Positions 25,100 to 38,889 are shown, counted from the first letter of the stretch. The stretch is 64,000 nt of DNA from Vicugna vicugna (GCA_013265495.1 MU058781.1:1282963-1346962), one strand, 5' to 3'. The notes: generated from the sequence alone by a model not told the origin. Program-made: numbers and translations.

Positions 25100-26639
25100 A
25101 GAGCCACTTCTTCAAGGCAGTGAGATAAGGAAGGGAGGTGAACACTCTCTCCTCACGCACCACCCATGTCAAGCCCAGGTCTAGGGACTGGCACTGCCTA
25201 TGGGGTACTGGGCAATATAGTGTCTACTAACCCAATGGCAGCTTTCCCCAGTGTCCATCTCAATACAAAGAAATTCGTGGGTAAAAACAGTCTTCAGTTC
25301 CCCAGTGGATAAAAAGAGCTGAAATATCTTTAACTTTCTGACTCTTATATCTGGACCCTAAACAGATGACAGTGTGACCGCATGGACAGCCTGAGATGCC
25401 CCTTATTGGAAATCCATCCAAGGCCCCAAAGTCTTTGGCGCAGTTTAGAAATAACTGTGAGAATGGAACCCAGCTAGGGTCTCTAAAACTTTAAATGTGT
25501 TTGGAAGGAGTTTTATAAGAAAATTAAAAAAAAAAACAATCTAAGGAAACATCCAGGGATTTAAGAATTTAATGAACAGCATGAGAGAAAAGCAAATTAA
25601 ATCCATTAAATCTGCAGAATGACTGTGTTTTATTCTTCCTGACCCCTGATAATAGAATGAATGTGTTTTAAGGAGCAGGGGAAATATTTGGAGTATGATG
25701 TTTGAGGGAGAGAAAGGCAGTTGCGTAAGCCTCACATTTTTATAGTTGACTTTGTAACGACATGACTAAGATACAAGGAGTGAAAAGCAAGAGTCGGTAA
25801 GAATTGGCTCTCATTCCAGTACCCTGCGGACTCTCTAGAAAGTGCAGGCATTCAGAGAGGCTGTTCACTTTCCTGGTTTGTTCTGTCCTTTCCCCAGCAA
25901 GTCTTTTGTTTAAGCTCAGATGCTGATCCCGGAGAGCTGAGAAAAGTAACCTCAGTGAGATGGAAGACACACTTTCCAAGAGGGGCGATCTGCAACAGAA
26001 AAGTCACACTGGCAGGCTCAGCGGGAAGGCAGATGAAACCCCTGTCTCAAATACAAAGAGGACAAATGCCTTATTATGCTAAAAAGCCTCAAATTAAGTA
26101 TGAAGAGTTAGTCGGAATAGACAGTTCCCGCAGTCAGTTTTATTCATTCTTACAGAAATACATCTTTTGAGAGCAATGCTCTTTAAATATTGCTATCATT
26201 TGTAAAACTGGCTGGAAATGTCTGCGGTGTCAAAGCCTTCATCCAAAGACCCAGATGAGATATCCCTGCGTTTGCATTTATTTCTAATAAATATTTTGCC
26301 CCTGCTGCTCAATTTTTATTTTCTCTTTCAGCAGAAAGTCTTAAATGCCAGGAAGTTTCAAAACAGTCATCGTGCAACTTTAGTCACCTTATCTCACATG
26401 CCTGCTAACTCACTCCTTCGTGGAATGAGGAGCACTTACTAGATACGCCAGGCACTGATCTAGGACTAGGCACTCTTTACGGTACAAAAGCAAACTTAAC
26501 AGCAACAAAGAAAAAGGACCCCGAGGCTGCAAACAACACAAGGATCTCTTTGCACTGCCACATCCCCAGTGCCTCGCACAGAGACGAGCGTGCCTTAGAA
26601 ATCTGTTGACTGTGTCGATGAATGGTCAACCAACCTCAC

Positions 26640-28020
26640 CCTAAGCTGATTGTCTGGCAGAAGTAATGCCAGCATCTAAATATGTCCAATGCAACTTCTA
26701 AATGGATGAGTTCTCTACGAAAGAGACATACTAAGTGCTAAGGAAAGGAGGAGAAAATACTCCGTTTTAAGTGCTGGAGGAAACGGAGAGAGTTAGGATG
26801 ATGGAACAATAGGTATTTCGCTTTTCCGGAGCCTGGTGTCCCTCAGGGGGAAGGATGTTGGAATAATGCTGGGAAAGCAGGTGGAAGCCAAGGCGCAGGA
26901 GCCGTGAACCTCTGCCAAAGAAGATGAAGTTCAGAAAGGGAAGCCCAGGAAAGAAGATGCATCTGGCCACAATGTATAAAACCAATTAAAATGGAAATAG
27001 ACTGGCAGCAGGGAGACCAATTAGGGAGCTCTTGGAATAGTCCAGGCAAAAGTTAAAGTTCACCTGAGCTGGACGAGGGTAGCGTGGATAAGAAGAAGGG
27101 GAAAGCAAGAAACTGGTGAATTTCTAGCAGAAGCGGTCAGGTGAGAGCTGAGCCATGTCAGACACCCCGGCAAGGTCTCCATGCTTGGTGGCCTGGAAAG
27201 TACTGGCTCCATTCACAGAAATGGAAACAAACAGGAGTATTTCAGGGAGATAAGAGGAGCATTTTGGCTTTAAATATATTATCTTTAAGAGATTGGCTGG
27301 ACATTTGGTGGCAAGTGAAAGCTACTTAGAAATGCCAAACTGGCCCCCAAAACATCAGGACTAGAGTTAAAAACAAAAATCTAGGGTCTTCTTGTTTGGA
27401 AGTCAGTTAGGTGGCAGAAGGCATGGAGTTGAATGAGAGAGAGAAAAAAAAAAGGAAGGATAGAAACTTGAAGACGAGACACATGTGACAGGAAGGAGCC
27501 AGGAAGCAGGAAAGAAGAGAATTCAGAGCCATGAAATCCAAGGAGAGGAGACTTCCTGAACGTCTGTGGTGCCAAGCGCTGCAGAGAGGGGAAGGCAGAT
27601 GTGCATCAGGGAAGCACCATCGGGTTCGACTACTGAGAAGGACGGGTGACCTTCAAGAATCCAGTTTCAATAAACTGCTGAGGTGAGCAGACAGACTGCA
27701 AAGGATTGAGGCTGGGGAGGTAGCAAGTCAGTGCTGTAAAGACTATAGACAAGGCTTTCTGGAAGACCAGCATTTAAGGGAAGGAAAAAAAAATAGAAGA
27801 TTATCTTAGGAAAGAACAGGTCAAAGGTCAATTTCTTTAAGACAAGTGTGCCCCGAACTGAAGGTGGGTATTTATCAAATAAGGCTCAAGATGCAAGTAG
27901 GAAGGGATAATTGGCAGAGCAAGTTTTCAGAGCAGACAAGAAAGAATGTGATGACTTAGAAGCCATAAGAAGATACTATAGCCCCAGAGAACTGAAACAG
28001 AGTTTCTTCTTCTGAGCCAG
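26640..28020 (-). mobile_element. Long decayed L2 fragment
   Basis: Reverse-L2 motifs 'gggagaccaattagggagct...tagtccaggcaa', 'gggtgaccttcaagaatccagtttca', 'tatagacaaggctttctggaag'. Confidence 0.7.
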
Positions 28021-28049
28021 TGGGGAATCAGGGAAAACTTAATTAAAAG

Positions 28050-29915
28050 AAATACTCAACAATTGATAGGGCAACTGGACAAAAACAAATCCAGAAGGAT
28101 ATAGAAAATTCAATGACATCATCGAACAACAGGCTTTTACCAACATTTATTCAACACTACACCCAATGGCAGCAGAATACATGCTTTACAAGTGTGCCTG
28201 GAACATGCATCCAGATAGACTGCGTTCTGGGCCATAAAACACACCTCAAGAGGTTTGAACAGAATGGAAATCATACAACACGCATTCATAAACAAAACAC
28301 CTCAAGATAATCCCCAAGTCAAAGAGGAAAAATTGTAAAACCTTGAACTGAATAAAAATGAAAATAAATTATATCCAAACTTGCGGAACGCAGCTAAGGC
28401 AGTGCTGAGGAGGAAATGTATAGCACTGAGTGCATAAATTAGAAAAGAAGAAAACCTCATGTGAATTTTCTAAGCGCCCAACTCAATAATCTAGAAAAAG
28501 AGCAAAATAAACCCAAAGCAAGCAAGAAAGAAGAAAGATGCCAGCAGAAATCAGTGAAACTGCAAACAGGGAAGCAATAGAGGAAATTGATAAAAACAGG
28601 GAGGTGATACCTTGAAAACCTCAGTAAAATTGACAAAACTCTAGCAAGACAGACAAAGAGAAAAAGAAGATGCAAATTAACAATATCAAGAATGAAACGG
28701 GAGCTACATCACTATAGGCCTTACAGACATGAGAAGTATAAGAACAAAGTACTACCACGGGTAAAAAAACACTCTAAAATATATATATATGATATGATCA
28801 TTTATAGGCATTTATATAAAATGGTATATATTCTTTTTGAAGTGTTTTCAAATTCAATGTAATGGTACCCCCATTTACCAAAAGAATTGCAAACATTTTT
28901 AGTGTTATTCTTTCTGCTTATCTCCCAGAGGTCAAGTATGTAATATTTTGCAATCATATAGCACAAATAAATTTTCACTATTGTTTCATTAAAAAAAAAA
29001 TACTACCAACAACTTTACACACATAAATTTGGCAGATTAGGTGAAATGAAAACGATTCTTTCAAAGTACAAACTACTACAATTCACCTAATATGAAACAG
29101 AGCATTTGAATAGCCTTTATGGAAATACGGAAGACAACAGTGACGTTGGAGGAATCATTCTACCTGACTTCAAGGCTTACTGTACAGCTACAGTGACCAA
29201 CCTGTGCCGTGCGGGTGGAGTGATAGACACGTGGGTCAGTGCAAAGGAAGAGAGAACCCAGAAGAGACTTACACAAATACGTGCAAGGGACTTTGGACAG
29301 AAGTGCAAAAGCAACTCTGCGGAGGAAAGATGGCCTCTGCAACAAGTCACGTTAGATCCACTGGACATCCAATAGGGGAAAAAAATGAACCTCTACTTAA
29401 CCCTCTTAGATTGAAATTAACTCAAAATGGATCATAGGCGTGAATGTAAAATGTCAAACTATAAATCTTTCAGGAAAGAAAATAAGAGAAAATCCTTAGG
29501 GGCTAGGGTGAGCAAAGAGTTCTTACGCTTGACTCCAAAAGCACAACCCATAAAAGGAAAAAGTAATAAGTTGGACTTCATCAAAATTTAAAACTTTTGT
29601 TCCAAGAAGGACCCTGTTAAGAGCATGGAAGATGGAAGTACAAGCTACAGGCCAGGAGGAAATACTTGCCAACGACTCATCTGACAAACGCCTGGTATCT
29701 AGAAAAATAAAGAACTCTCAAAACTCAACATTAAAATGCTAACAATCCAGCCAGAAAATGGGCAAAGACGCGCAGAGACATTTTACCAAAGAGGATATAC
29801 AGATGGCAAAAACACACATGAAAAGATGCTCACCATCATCGAGAACTAGGGAAATGCAATTTAAAACCATAATGAGATAGCACTACACACCTATTAGAAT
29901 GACTAAAATAAAAAG
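28050..29915 (+). mobile_element. Old L1 ORF2 remnant, internally deleted and interrupted by an insert at 28758-29000
   Basis: Endonuclease end (IDCVLGHKTHLKRF in ORF 28113) and C-terminal GGIILPDFKAYCTATV (ORF 29106). Most of the RT region is missing near 29110-29140. Confidence 0.88.
28758..29000 (+). pseudogene. Polyadenylated retro-insert, probable 5'-truncated processed copy of an mRNA 3' end
   Basis: AATAAA at 28966-28971, A10 at 28991-29000, TSD tactacca at 28750-28757 and 29001-29008. The L1 sequence is continuous across the insert. Confidence 0.65.
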
Positions 29916-29924
29916 TGGAGTCAA

Positions 29925-30573
29925 CAGCAGTGTCCCAAGGCAACCAAAATAAAAGCAAAAATAAACAAGTGGGACCTAATCAAATTTATAGGCTTCTGCA
30001 CAGCAATGGAAACCACAAGCAAAACAAAAAGACAACCTATGGACTGGGAGAAAATATTTGCACACGATGCGACCAACAAGGGCTTAATTTCCAAAATATG
30101 CAAACAGCTCATACAACTCAATGACAGAAAAACAAACAACCCAATCGAAAAGTGGGCAAAAGACATAAATAAGCATTACATACAAATGGCCAATACACAC
30201 ATGAAAAGATGCTCACCATTGTCAATCACTAGAGACATGCAAATGAACTACCACCTCATACCGGTCAGAATGGCCATCCTTAAAAAGTCTACAAATAAAC
30301 GCTGGGGAGGGTGTGGAGAAAAGGGAACCCTCCTACACTGCTGGTGAGGATGTAAATTGCTGCAGTCACCGTGGAAAACAGTATGGAGGTTCCTTTAAAA
30401 ATGAAAAATAGAGCTACCATATGATCCAGCAATCCCACTCCTGGGCACATAACTGGAGAAAACCCTAATTCGAAAAGACACCTGCACCCCAGTGTTCATA
30501 GCAGCACTATTTACAGTAGCCAAGACATGGAAGCAACCTAATTGTCCATCAACAGATGACTGGATAAAGAAGA
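29925..30573 (+). mobile_element. Younger artiodactyl/camelid L1, ORF2 C-terminus
   Basis: ORF 30006-30347: [12 protein letters not shown]...[14 protein letters not shown]...HMKRCS...[11 protein letters not shown] (L1 CCHC domain). Confidence 0.92.
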
Positions 30574-30689
30574 ACTCAACTATGGAAATGCATTAAAACA
30601 TCTAACTGTACCCACACACATGTACACACAAATATCCGTAAAGCAGAAGGCGGTAGGGAATGGAGGGGAACATACCCTTTGGTGGTAAT

Positions 30690-30910
30690 GGTAGGCGCAC
30701 TGGCCATTTACTGAACACTTACAAGAGCCACTGGGAAGTACTTTCCACGCAGTATCTCATTCGGTCTTTTCCAGGTAAATTCCATCAGTATCCCAATTTT
30801 ACAGGTGAAGAAACCGAAGCCTGCAGAAGTTTAATGCACACAGCTGGGAAATAGCCAAGTGAGGCTACAAAGCCTGATTCGAGAGCTGGTGGTCCCACCT
30901 GATGCACTGT
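30690..30910 (-). mobile_element. MIR SINE
   Basis: 'catttactgaacactta...tatcccaattttacaggtgaagaaaccgaagc'. Confidence 0.72.
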
Positions 30911-31080
30911 CCACCTGCGCCTTCTCAGAGGCATTGGCCTTATCTATGTCCTCTGTCCCCCAAAATCTGGAGAACGAGAGTAACTCAGGGAGGCCAGGGC
31001 TGGAGCTAGGGAGATGCCTCTTCCTTTACAGATGGTCCGAATTTAAACATCCACAGGAGGGTGGAAACTCGGGGCCGATT

Positions 31081-31178
31081 TCTTTCTTTTTTTCTCTCCT
31101 CCTTAACGGAGGTGCTGGGGATTGAACCCAGGACCTCATGCACACCAACCTCTACCACCGAGCTATACCCTCCACCCT
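31081..31178 (-). mobile_element. Camelid tRNA-Ala-derived SINE (Vic-1-like), short form
   Basis: 'ggtgctggggattgaacccaggacctcatgca...ctctaccaccgagctataccctcc'. TSD actc(g/a)gggcc at 31067 and 31179. Confidence 0.88.
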
Positions 31179-32139
31179 ACTCAGGGCCAGTTTCAACAAC
31201 CTTGGTTTCCACCGTGTATCTCGCGTGGTTTCCAAAATCCATTTGAAGTCTGGTGCTGTTTATGCAAGAACAAGGTCTAAACGAGAACACCCTTGGAGTA
31301 TTCATTGGTTAGGCTTTGCAATGGCTGTTGGTGATGGTAATTATTTAAATGACACTGGTTAATTTGTTTTATTGTTTCACATAGGTTGATTTATCTGCTA
31401 TGTATCGGTTCACTTATATAATGAGTAGGGTTAGATTAATAGGTTTTAGAATGTAAATTCATTTCCACTCATGTTTATGAGCTACGTTTGTAGACTGGTT
31501 TAAATAAAAACACAGCTAGGAATCAGGATTACAGTACATTTTTGCAGTAATAAAGTAAGGATTCAAATGTGTTCCAGAAATTAATAAGATGCTCAGATTC
31601 ACAAAGACTGCCTCCTAGAGATGGAAGGTGTAGCCAAATTCTGTTGCACAGTAAATATGACTCATTTTCTTTCTGCCCTCCCCTCCCCAGAATGAAAGCT
31701 GTAGAACAATAACCCTAGGGTGATGAGGACTTACGTATGAGGCCTCCCTGGGAGAGGCTTCCACGCTGTCCTGCTACTTGGGGTGCCCTGGCAGTCAGAG
31801 TGCATCAGAGACAGGTGCTTTGGGGTAGCACCTGCCATCTCACGCCCTTCCAGATGTAGCTTCTGCCCCTACTGAACCCACACCTGAGGGCGAATGAAGG
31901 TCATACGGGAGATGCTGGAGTACCCTGAGGTGCCTGCAAAATCCTGTGTACGCTCAGCACTGAGCAAGCTGCTCCGGCTGATCTGATGTCAGTAACTATC
32001 TGGAAACACATCGCTCCCTGACTTGCGAAGAACAAATGTTTTCTCAGCACCAGAGTATCACTGAGCACAGCGGAAGAACCCACTGAGTAAGAGGGGCCTC
32101 GGTGATTCACCTCTTGGAGAAGCACCAGAAGCAGGTGTG

Positions 32140-32305
32140 GACTAGGAAATTGAAACAGTTGCTAAAACTATGTTTTATGCATTCAAGAAGGTAAAGGAAA
32201 ACCAAAGAGCGCCAAAGAGAAACATGTACAATATTAAAAAGGTATAAATCAAAATTCTAGAGATGGAAAATAGTCTGAAATAAAAATATATTGGATGAGA
32301 TTTTA
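32140..32305 (+). mobile_element. Old L1 ORF1 fragment
   Basis: 'aactatgttttatgcattcaagaaggtaaagga...aaatcaaaattctagagatggaaaat'. Confidence 0.55.
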
Positions 32306-32904
32306 AATGATGCCACATAATTTTGTTGGAAGGATTAAGGTCACTAATTTTAAGTGCTTAGCACCACACCTAGCACTTAATTTGTGCCGATAATTGGTTA
32401 ACAACTGATATTATGGATTTCATTTTACATTCAGATTGCATAGCAATCACGGTTAACATTTATTTGGCACCTATTTATGTTCTGCATTGTGCTAAAATTT
32501 TTAATTTAAATATCTTTAAGGCATACAAGTAAATTTTAAATATCAAATATGGGTTTTTCTTCCTATCATTTCTAAGGATTTATTTCCCAACTTAATTCTG
32601 GCCTTCTGATTTCTCTCTATCACTTTTTACATTTTGCTTTCCTCATTCTGTTTTCTGTTTTTAGCCTACAAGCTTCACATGACAAAAAATTTTTTAATTT
32701 TCTTAATGTTCTATTGACAATTTTCCCTCTCTTCTAACAATACACTAAAAAAACGCACATTGAGGTGATTTTTAAAAAAAAAGAAGGAATTAAACTTTGA
32801 TTGGTAGAAGTGACTTTTGAGGTGGACCCAAATAGTAATCCTAAAAAAAAATCCTAATAAGGAAAATCAGACCTTAATCTAAGAAATAAGAAAATATCGT
32901 TTAA

Positions 32905-33061
32905 ATTCGAAGAAATGGATAAATTCCTAGAAACATACAACTTACCAAGACTGAATCGTGATTAGAAAGTCTGAACAGACCAATTACTAGTAAGGTGATT
33001 GAATCCGCAATCAAATACCTTCCAACAAACAAAACTTCAGGACCAAGTGGCTTCATTGGTG
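32905..33061 (+). mobile_element. L1 ORF2 fragment
   Basis: 'gaagaaatggataaattcctagaaacatacaacttaccaagactgaat...ggaccaagtggcttcattggtg' (EEMDKFLETYNLPRLN). Confidence 0.88.
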
Positions 33062-33194
33062 TATATAAATTCATTATTTTCCGATTATTCTTTCCAACTT
33101 AGATCAACACTGAACGTACCTCGTAAGTCAGGCTTATGCTTTACAGTGAAGAAAACCAATGAGTAAGGATTGACTGGTTGGATTATTTACAGGT

Positions 33195-33673
33195 TATGAT
33201 GGTTAATCTTATGCTCAATCCAGCTGGGCTAAGGGATACCCAGAGAGCCGGCAAAACGTTACTTCTGGATGTGTCTGTAAGGTTGTCCCCACAAGGGACC
33301 AGCATTTGAATCAGTAGACTGAGTAAAAAGATCACCCTCATCGACGCGGGAGGACCTCATCCAGTCTGCTGGGGGCCTGAAGAAAACAAAAGGTCCGAGG
33401 AAGGGCGGGTTCGCTCTCTGGTTGAGCTAGGATGTTCATCTTCTCCTGCCCTCAGATTTTAACGCTACGAGTTCTTGGGCCTTTGGGCTTAAACTAGGAC
33501 TTACACCGTTGGCCCCCGATTCTCAGGCCCTCGCTGCTGGCTTTGTTGGGTCTCCATCTTGCTGGCAGCAGACAGTGGAACTTCTCCGTGACCCCATGAG
33601 CTAGTCTCTGTAATAAATGTATATCTGTCTGTCTCCCACTGCTTCTGTTCGCTGGAGAGCCTTGACTAATATG
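33195..33673 (+). mobile_element. MLT2 (ERVL) solo LTR, MLT2B-like
   Basis: Start 'tatgatggttaatcttatg', internal 'agcatttgaatcagtagactgagtaaa', end 'ctggagagccttgactaatatg'. Confidence 0.9.
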
Positions 33674-36600
33674 CACACAGGTCCTCTCCATTTTCAATCC
33701 ATTTCCTCACATCGGATACAAGGAAATTTGTCCTGGACTGAATCACTGAATCGGGCTATTTCTGATGAATACTTGGTGCATGTCAGAAATTTCACTTAAA
33801 GATATGCCAGTAAAGGGATTACTTCCAAGTGTTTGGGGTCAAAGGCTAATCAAAGACTCTGTTTGGAAATACAAATGGAAATTTAAGTCCTGTAACTCTG
33901 TAGATCACACACACACACACGCACCCCCCCCAAGCCTCTGCTGGGCTAGCACAGCTGACTGGTCCCTGAAATGGAATCTGTTCCGGCGCAACCACAGTGC
34001 TGAATCCTTCTGTCCTAGGCAAGCTTCCCCAAGGGAGGTAGAAGAGCCCAGTATGAATGCTGACCTTTGCCAGGACCTATCAGCATTATGAACAGGGTGA
34101 GATGTTGCAATCAGTGTGATTTCCACACGTAACTATTTCATTGACTTTCTCAATGGGCAGGATGAGGATGGTTGTCAAGGGAAAAATTCAGGAGTCCTGC
34201 ATACTGTGACACTTTTGGAAGAGTGATTTCAGAGACTTTGACCCCAAAGACCACTCAGAAATAAACATGCATTCATTTCACAGAGGAATAATCTGCACTT
34301 GGCATCTCACTTTAGCTGTGAGAAAAGGATCCTGTACCACAGCATCTGGTCACAATCATCTTGAAAAAATTCATACAGGTAATCCCTGAGTCAGATAGAG
34401 GCAGCAAATGTGCGTTCTTTTTTCTCACAGAGGGGCAGTAACTTTTACTTGTGTCTCTTCAGATTTCTTTTCAAGGTGAGAGATGCAGTCATTCCGAATG
34501 ATGACATTTCAGAGTCCGCTATACTGGTACCCTGTGTGTAACTGGTCAATGAGCAGGACCAAGCATGCCACCTAATCCCGTGGGCTGTTACCTCGGTAGG
34601 GGCAGGCATGTCTGATTATTCACCAGATACTGTTTGCTGCCAAGTATTTCTACTCCATCATGCCTTGTGTAATAAAGAATCCATTGGCAGCCAATTCTCC
34701 GTTGCATCTTCTCGAGGAAATGTGGCTGGCAGAGCCATATTGCAGACTGGAAACACTTTCCACGGACACACATGTTACTGAGACTTCATTGATTTAGGAT
34801 GGTCATCCACCAGAGCTCTCCTTCAAGATGCTGCACACTGGGCACCATTTCCTTTGACCATTGTCTTACCAGGGCTGATCATTTCCAAATATCATTGTCC
34901 CCGTTGGGTTGGCATGAGAGGCAAAAGCAAAGCAGGAAGTGGTGCTGTCTGTCATTTGGTTTTTATTGCCTTATGCATGTACAGAGGGGTCCCTGGGGTC
35001 CCTTTCCATATCTAAGTTCAATATTTTGGGCAGAGAACTCAAATTCAGTAACACGCAGTTATGGAATAAACAAGGAAATGAATCGCAACAGCTTGGATGA
35101 AGACAGAGCACTGGAGCCAAGTAACCCACAGAGTGCCCACATTTATAGGCATGGTCGAGGCTGCTGCTGATTTTATTTAAAGCTGGGGAATGCTGGACTC
35201 AGGCTGCAACAGAGACAGTCCATTTCAAGGCAAATGCATGTTTTGCAACTTGAGCTGGTGCTGTTTGTGAGCCTGGGGTCGGGGAGCTTTGTGCAAAAAT
35301 ACATACTTTCCAACCAGGCCCATAATTCTTAACAAGATTAGATCCACCAGCCAGGGACACTTGCAAGAATTTTATGGCAGCCCAGTCCACCCGCATTGCA
35401 GCAGGCCTCTGGAATGCCAGGGCGTGAGCCTGAGCTGATGGAGGAAGAGAAAGGCATCTGAGAGATGTCGTCGTGTCCTCCTCCTCCCACCTCTGCATTC
35501 CAGAGGCACACAGACTCTTCTGCCTTGCTTCGTAATTTAAGGACACCAGCAAGTTTCTCTTCCTTATCAGAGAAGTGTCCCAGATAGCCAGGAACTGCAC
35601 TATCACAGTACGGCTTCTGCCATATGAAAACACCAGCTCGTCATCACCCCCTTCTCATTCTGTCATTTCATTGGCAGAAGTGTCATTAACTTTGCAGTGA
35701 CAATTATTTGAGGACCAAGTAAACTGTGGAAATTTGTAAACTCTTGCACGGCTAAATTAAATGCTATTTTAACTAACAGTTAATAGTGTTTACTGCTGTG
35801 TAATAGTAATTTTCATTTTTTACTGTATCTAATGACATTCTGATGACTGGAATTCTCTGTAGGGATACCAAATCATTACATTAAGGATGAGTGATTTTAG
35901 TACGCAATGACTGATCAGTACAATAATATGTAGACTAATGCTCGAGCTAGTAAATTAAATCATTTGCACCACAGTGTTTGTCAACTAGAATGGGGATTCC
36001 ATTATGCCGTTAAATTATAATGTAGAGCCTGCTTAAAGTAAAATAACAAATGAGCATCTTAAATTGGTGATTCATTGGTAGAATACTTTCTCAAGAGGTG
36101 TGGAAAAGAGAGAAACACTCCTAAACAGCCCAACAGCTCAACAATTCCTTACAGTAGGTGGCCATGGAAGTGAATTATAGAGAAAACCTTGTGGACCCTT
36201 TAAAGTGTGAATATAGGAGAGGATTTGCCCATTGGAGGAAGAGAAAGGAAACAGGACCTCAGGGAAGCATTGGATGATCAACCATGTAAAGGAGAAAGGA
36301 AGAATTCTCTTTCAACCTGGTGATCGGGCGTCCCTGGGGGTATCGTCAAAGCCTAACAGCCACCTGGGTGAGACCCCTACTTCCAGGCCACAACTAGGAA
36401 CCCTCCTCCCTGACCTGAAAGTCATCACAGCTTCCCTAACTCTCAAACTGAACTGCACTTTACAAACGTGAGTTCCTTTTCAAGCCAGCCTGTTGAAAAA
36501 GCTAAAGCACATTCAGTGTTTAAGATTGGAGAGCAATCAAACTCAAGAGACCACAACACTCAAAAGAAAAAGGCATCCAGACTTCCTTGGATCTCAGTGG

Positions 36601-36819
36601 TTCTCAGTCAGTAGATCACGTTTTGGAATCAACATTAAGGAAAGCGTTGGAGAATAGACCTGACAGAGTAAAATACAGGAAAGAGAGAAGTAGTAATATT
36701 ATTGTCTTTTTCCTAAAATAGGAATTCAAGGGTGGAATAGGACAGAGTAAATGTCACTCAAAGATGCTCAGCATCCTTTGGAGTGGGACTTTTAGGAACA
36801 GGGTCTACTCCACTCAACT

Positions 36820-37560
36820 CTATTTTAAATTATTTCTGAGCAGCCGTTATGAGTCAGGCACGATGAGAGGCCTGGGTTCATCAAAGATAGGTACTCTGAG
36901 CTACTGTCTTCAAGAAGGCCACCATAAAGAACAGGAAACAAGCATGGAAACCAAGAATTACCACGCAGTTATGTTATGTTTTAATGCAGGGAAGCACAGA
37001 TCCTAGAAGACCCCAAAAGACCCCCAACTCTATAGTTGGAGTCAGGATGACTTCTCAAAGACTGCAGCCACTGTGTTAAGTGGGAGTTGGCCAAGTGAAG
37101 GAAAGGAGAAAGGGCTGGCCGTTATATCAGAAGGCTTAGAGGTTTAAGAATCTTAACCAAGATTCAGGGGCACAGCAGAAATAGCCCTTGAATGTCAAGA
37201 AGGAAGTAAATCACAAAGAGCTTCTTGGAGAATATGTCACAGGGCTTAGGTGTCCTCTTGAAGGCAATGGAGTCACTGAAGAATTTCAGAGCCACGGGAC
37301 CAGTGATCAAACCAGTATGTTGGAAAGATCATTTGGGGGGTGATAGATGGTTTAAAGAAAGGGGAAGCTGTATTTCCATAAGAAACAGTAAGAAATTTAT
37401 GATGGTAGTTATAACGGATGATAGAGGCATGTGAATGACAGCAAGAATAGAAACGCAGAAACATACATATTTAGAAAGTAAGATGACAAGACTGTTGACT
37501 GGGATACGGGACAGACATAGCAGATGGTGACTAAGTAAATTGGTTCGAGGCGTGGTACAA
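36820..37560 (-). mobile_element. L2 fragment
   Basis: 'tttctgagcagccgttatgagtcaggcac...aggcaatggagtcactgaagaatttcag...tggaaagatcatttgg'. Confidence 0.7.
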
Positions 37561-38889
37561 GGACTTCATCCTTTGGTTGCACTTATGGACTATTAAAGCA
37601 TACACTTAAATGACCTCCCTCTGGGAAACACAAGCACTATGTATATTAGATTTTTATGCCTTTTGGTTTCTTTCCCAGAGTATCCAAAGAGAATATTTTA
37701 ACATTACTAGGTGTTTTCCTATAAATTAAGCTACTTTGCTCAGGACAGAATCCAGAACAAACAGTTGCTCCTGAAGATTACCTGATTCACAAAGGTATTC
37801 GCCGGGTGGATTCCCTCCTAGGGTCTTGACATCCGTGCCCTGGACAGGGATGATTGGTGTACGAATGGGTTCCTGACTCGTCAGAGCTAACAAGCTGCCC
37901 TGTCACAATCTCTGTCGACAGGTAACTGGCCAAACCCACCAAATTCTTTTCCAGGGAGTCTGAATTGAAGAGAGAGAATTGCTAAGTCTAAGACGACAGA
38001 AGGGGAAAAAGCAGGGAGAGAGAAAGCAGCTGAGTCATCGAAGTGGAAGATCACCCAACCTAGGAGGAACACATGTCTGCTGCCGAGAGAGGAACAAACT
38101 TTGTGGTCTTGTTAGAGCTTTGTCATGTCCTGAAAGACAGGATGTACAGGTTGGGCACTGCACAAGAACCTCTGGTTGAGGGGACAAGCAGGAACGGAAA
38201 CATAGCTTGCCCTCCACTCAAGCCTAGCAGCTTTTTCTAATTAGCACAAAGGTCCAGTAGAAGACAGTCTAGCCTTCTGTGATGCGTGGCGTGCAGAGCG
38301 GAGACTGTCTAATGTCTTGCTTTTTCTCCCCCCAGGCACCCTTATGGTCAACTGCCGTTAAGTGGCCATCATGAACATGCACCTTAACCCCATCCAGCCA
38401 CAGATGTGTTTTGGTTTAATTTACATAGCAGTTTTTAAAGCTTTCAATGCTCGTGTTTTTAAGCAGAGTATGCCTCTCACCACAGCGCCACCCTCTCCAT
38501 TGTGATACCCAAATGATTTGCACGTTTATGTCAACCACGTGGACTAAAAGCACTCGAGTTTTCATTTTCTGACCCAAGATAACTGAGTATGACTTTTTTC
38601 CTTGCAACCAGTAAGCACAAGGGAGAAAATGTGAACAAGGAGGAAAAACCTAGATGTAAAAAAGGCAAAATAATAGCAATATGGAGACTGGAGAAGCAAC
38701 TTACACTAAATAAACTACCTCATTCATTAAGTATTTATGCACTGCGTATTCCTGGAGAGCATTTTGCTCAACTCGGAGGCTGCAACAATGAGCTATGATA
38801 ACCCTGAGTCTAGGCTCAACACTGAAGCCAAAGAAATCTTATAAATTGAAGTTAGATCCTGGAATTCTTCTGTGCAGACCCTACAGAGG

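Noticed and set aside
34462..34474. Plus-strand 13-nt microexon, and other isolated splice-like sites (5031, 38336, 49420, 52031, 54437)
   Set aside because: Isolated or very short matches of this kind are expected by chance in 64 kb of intron.
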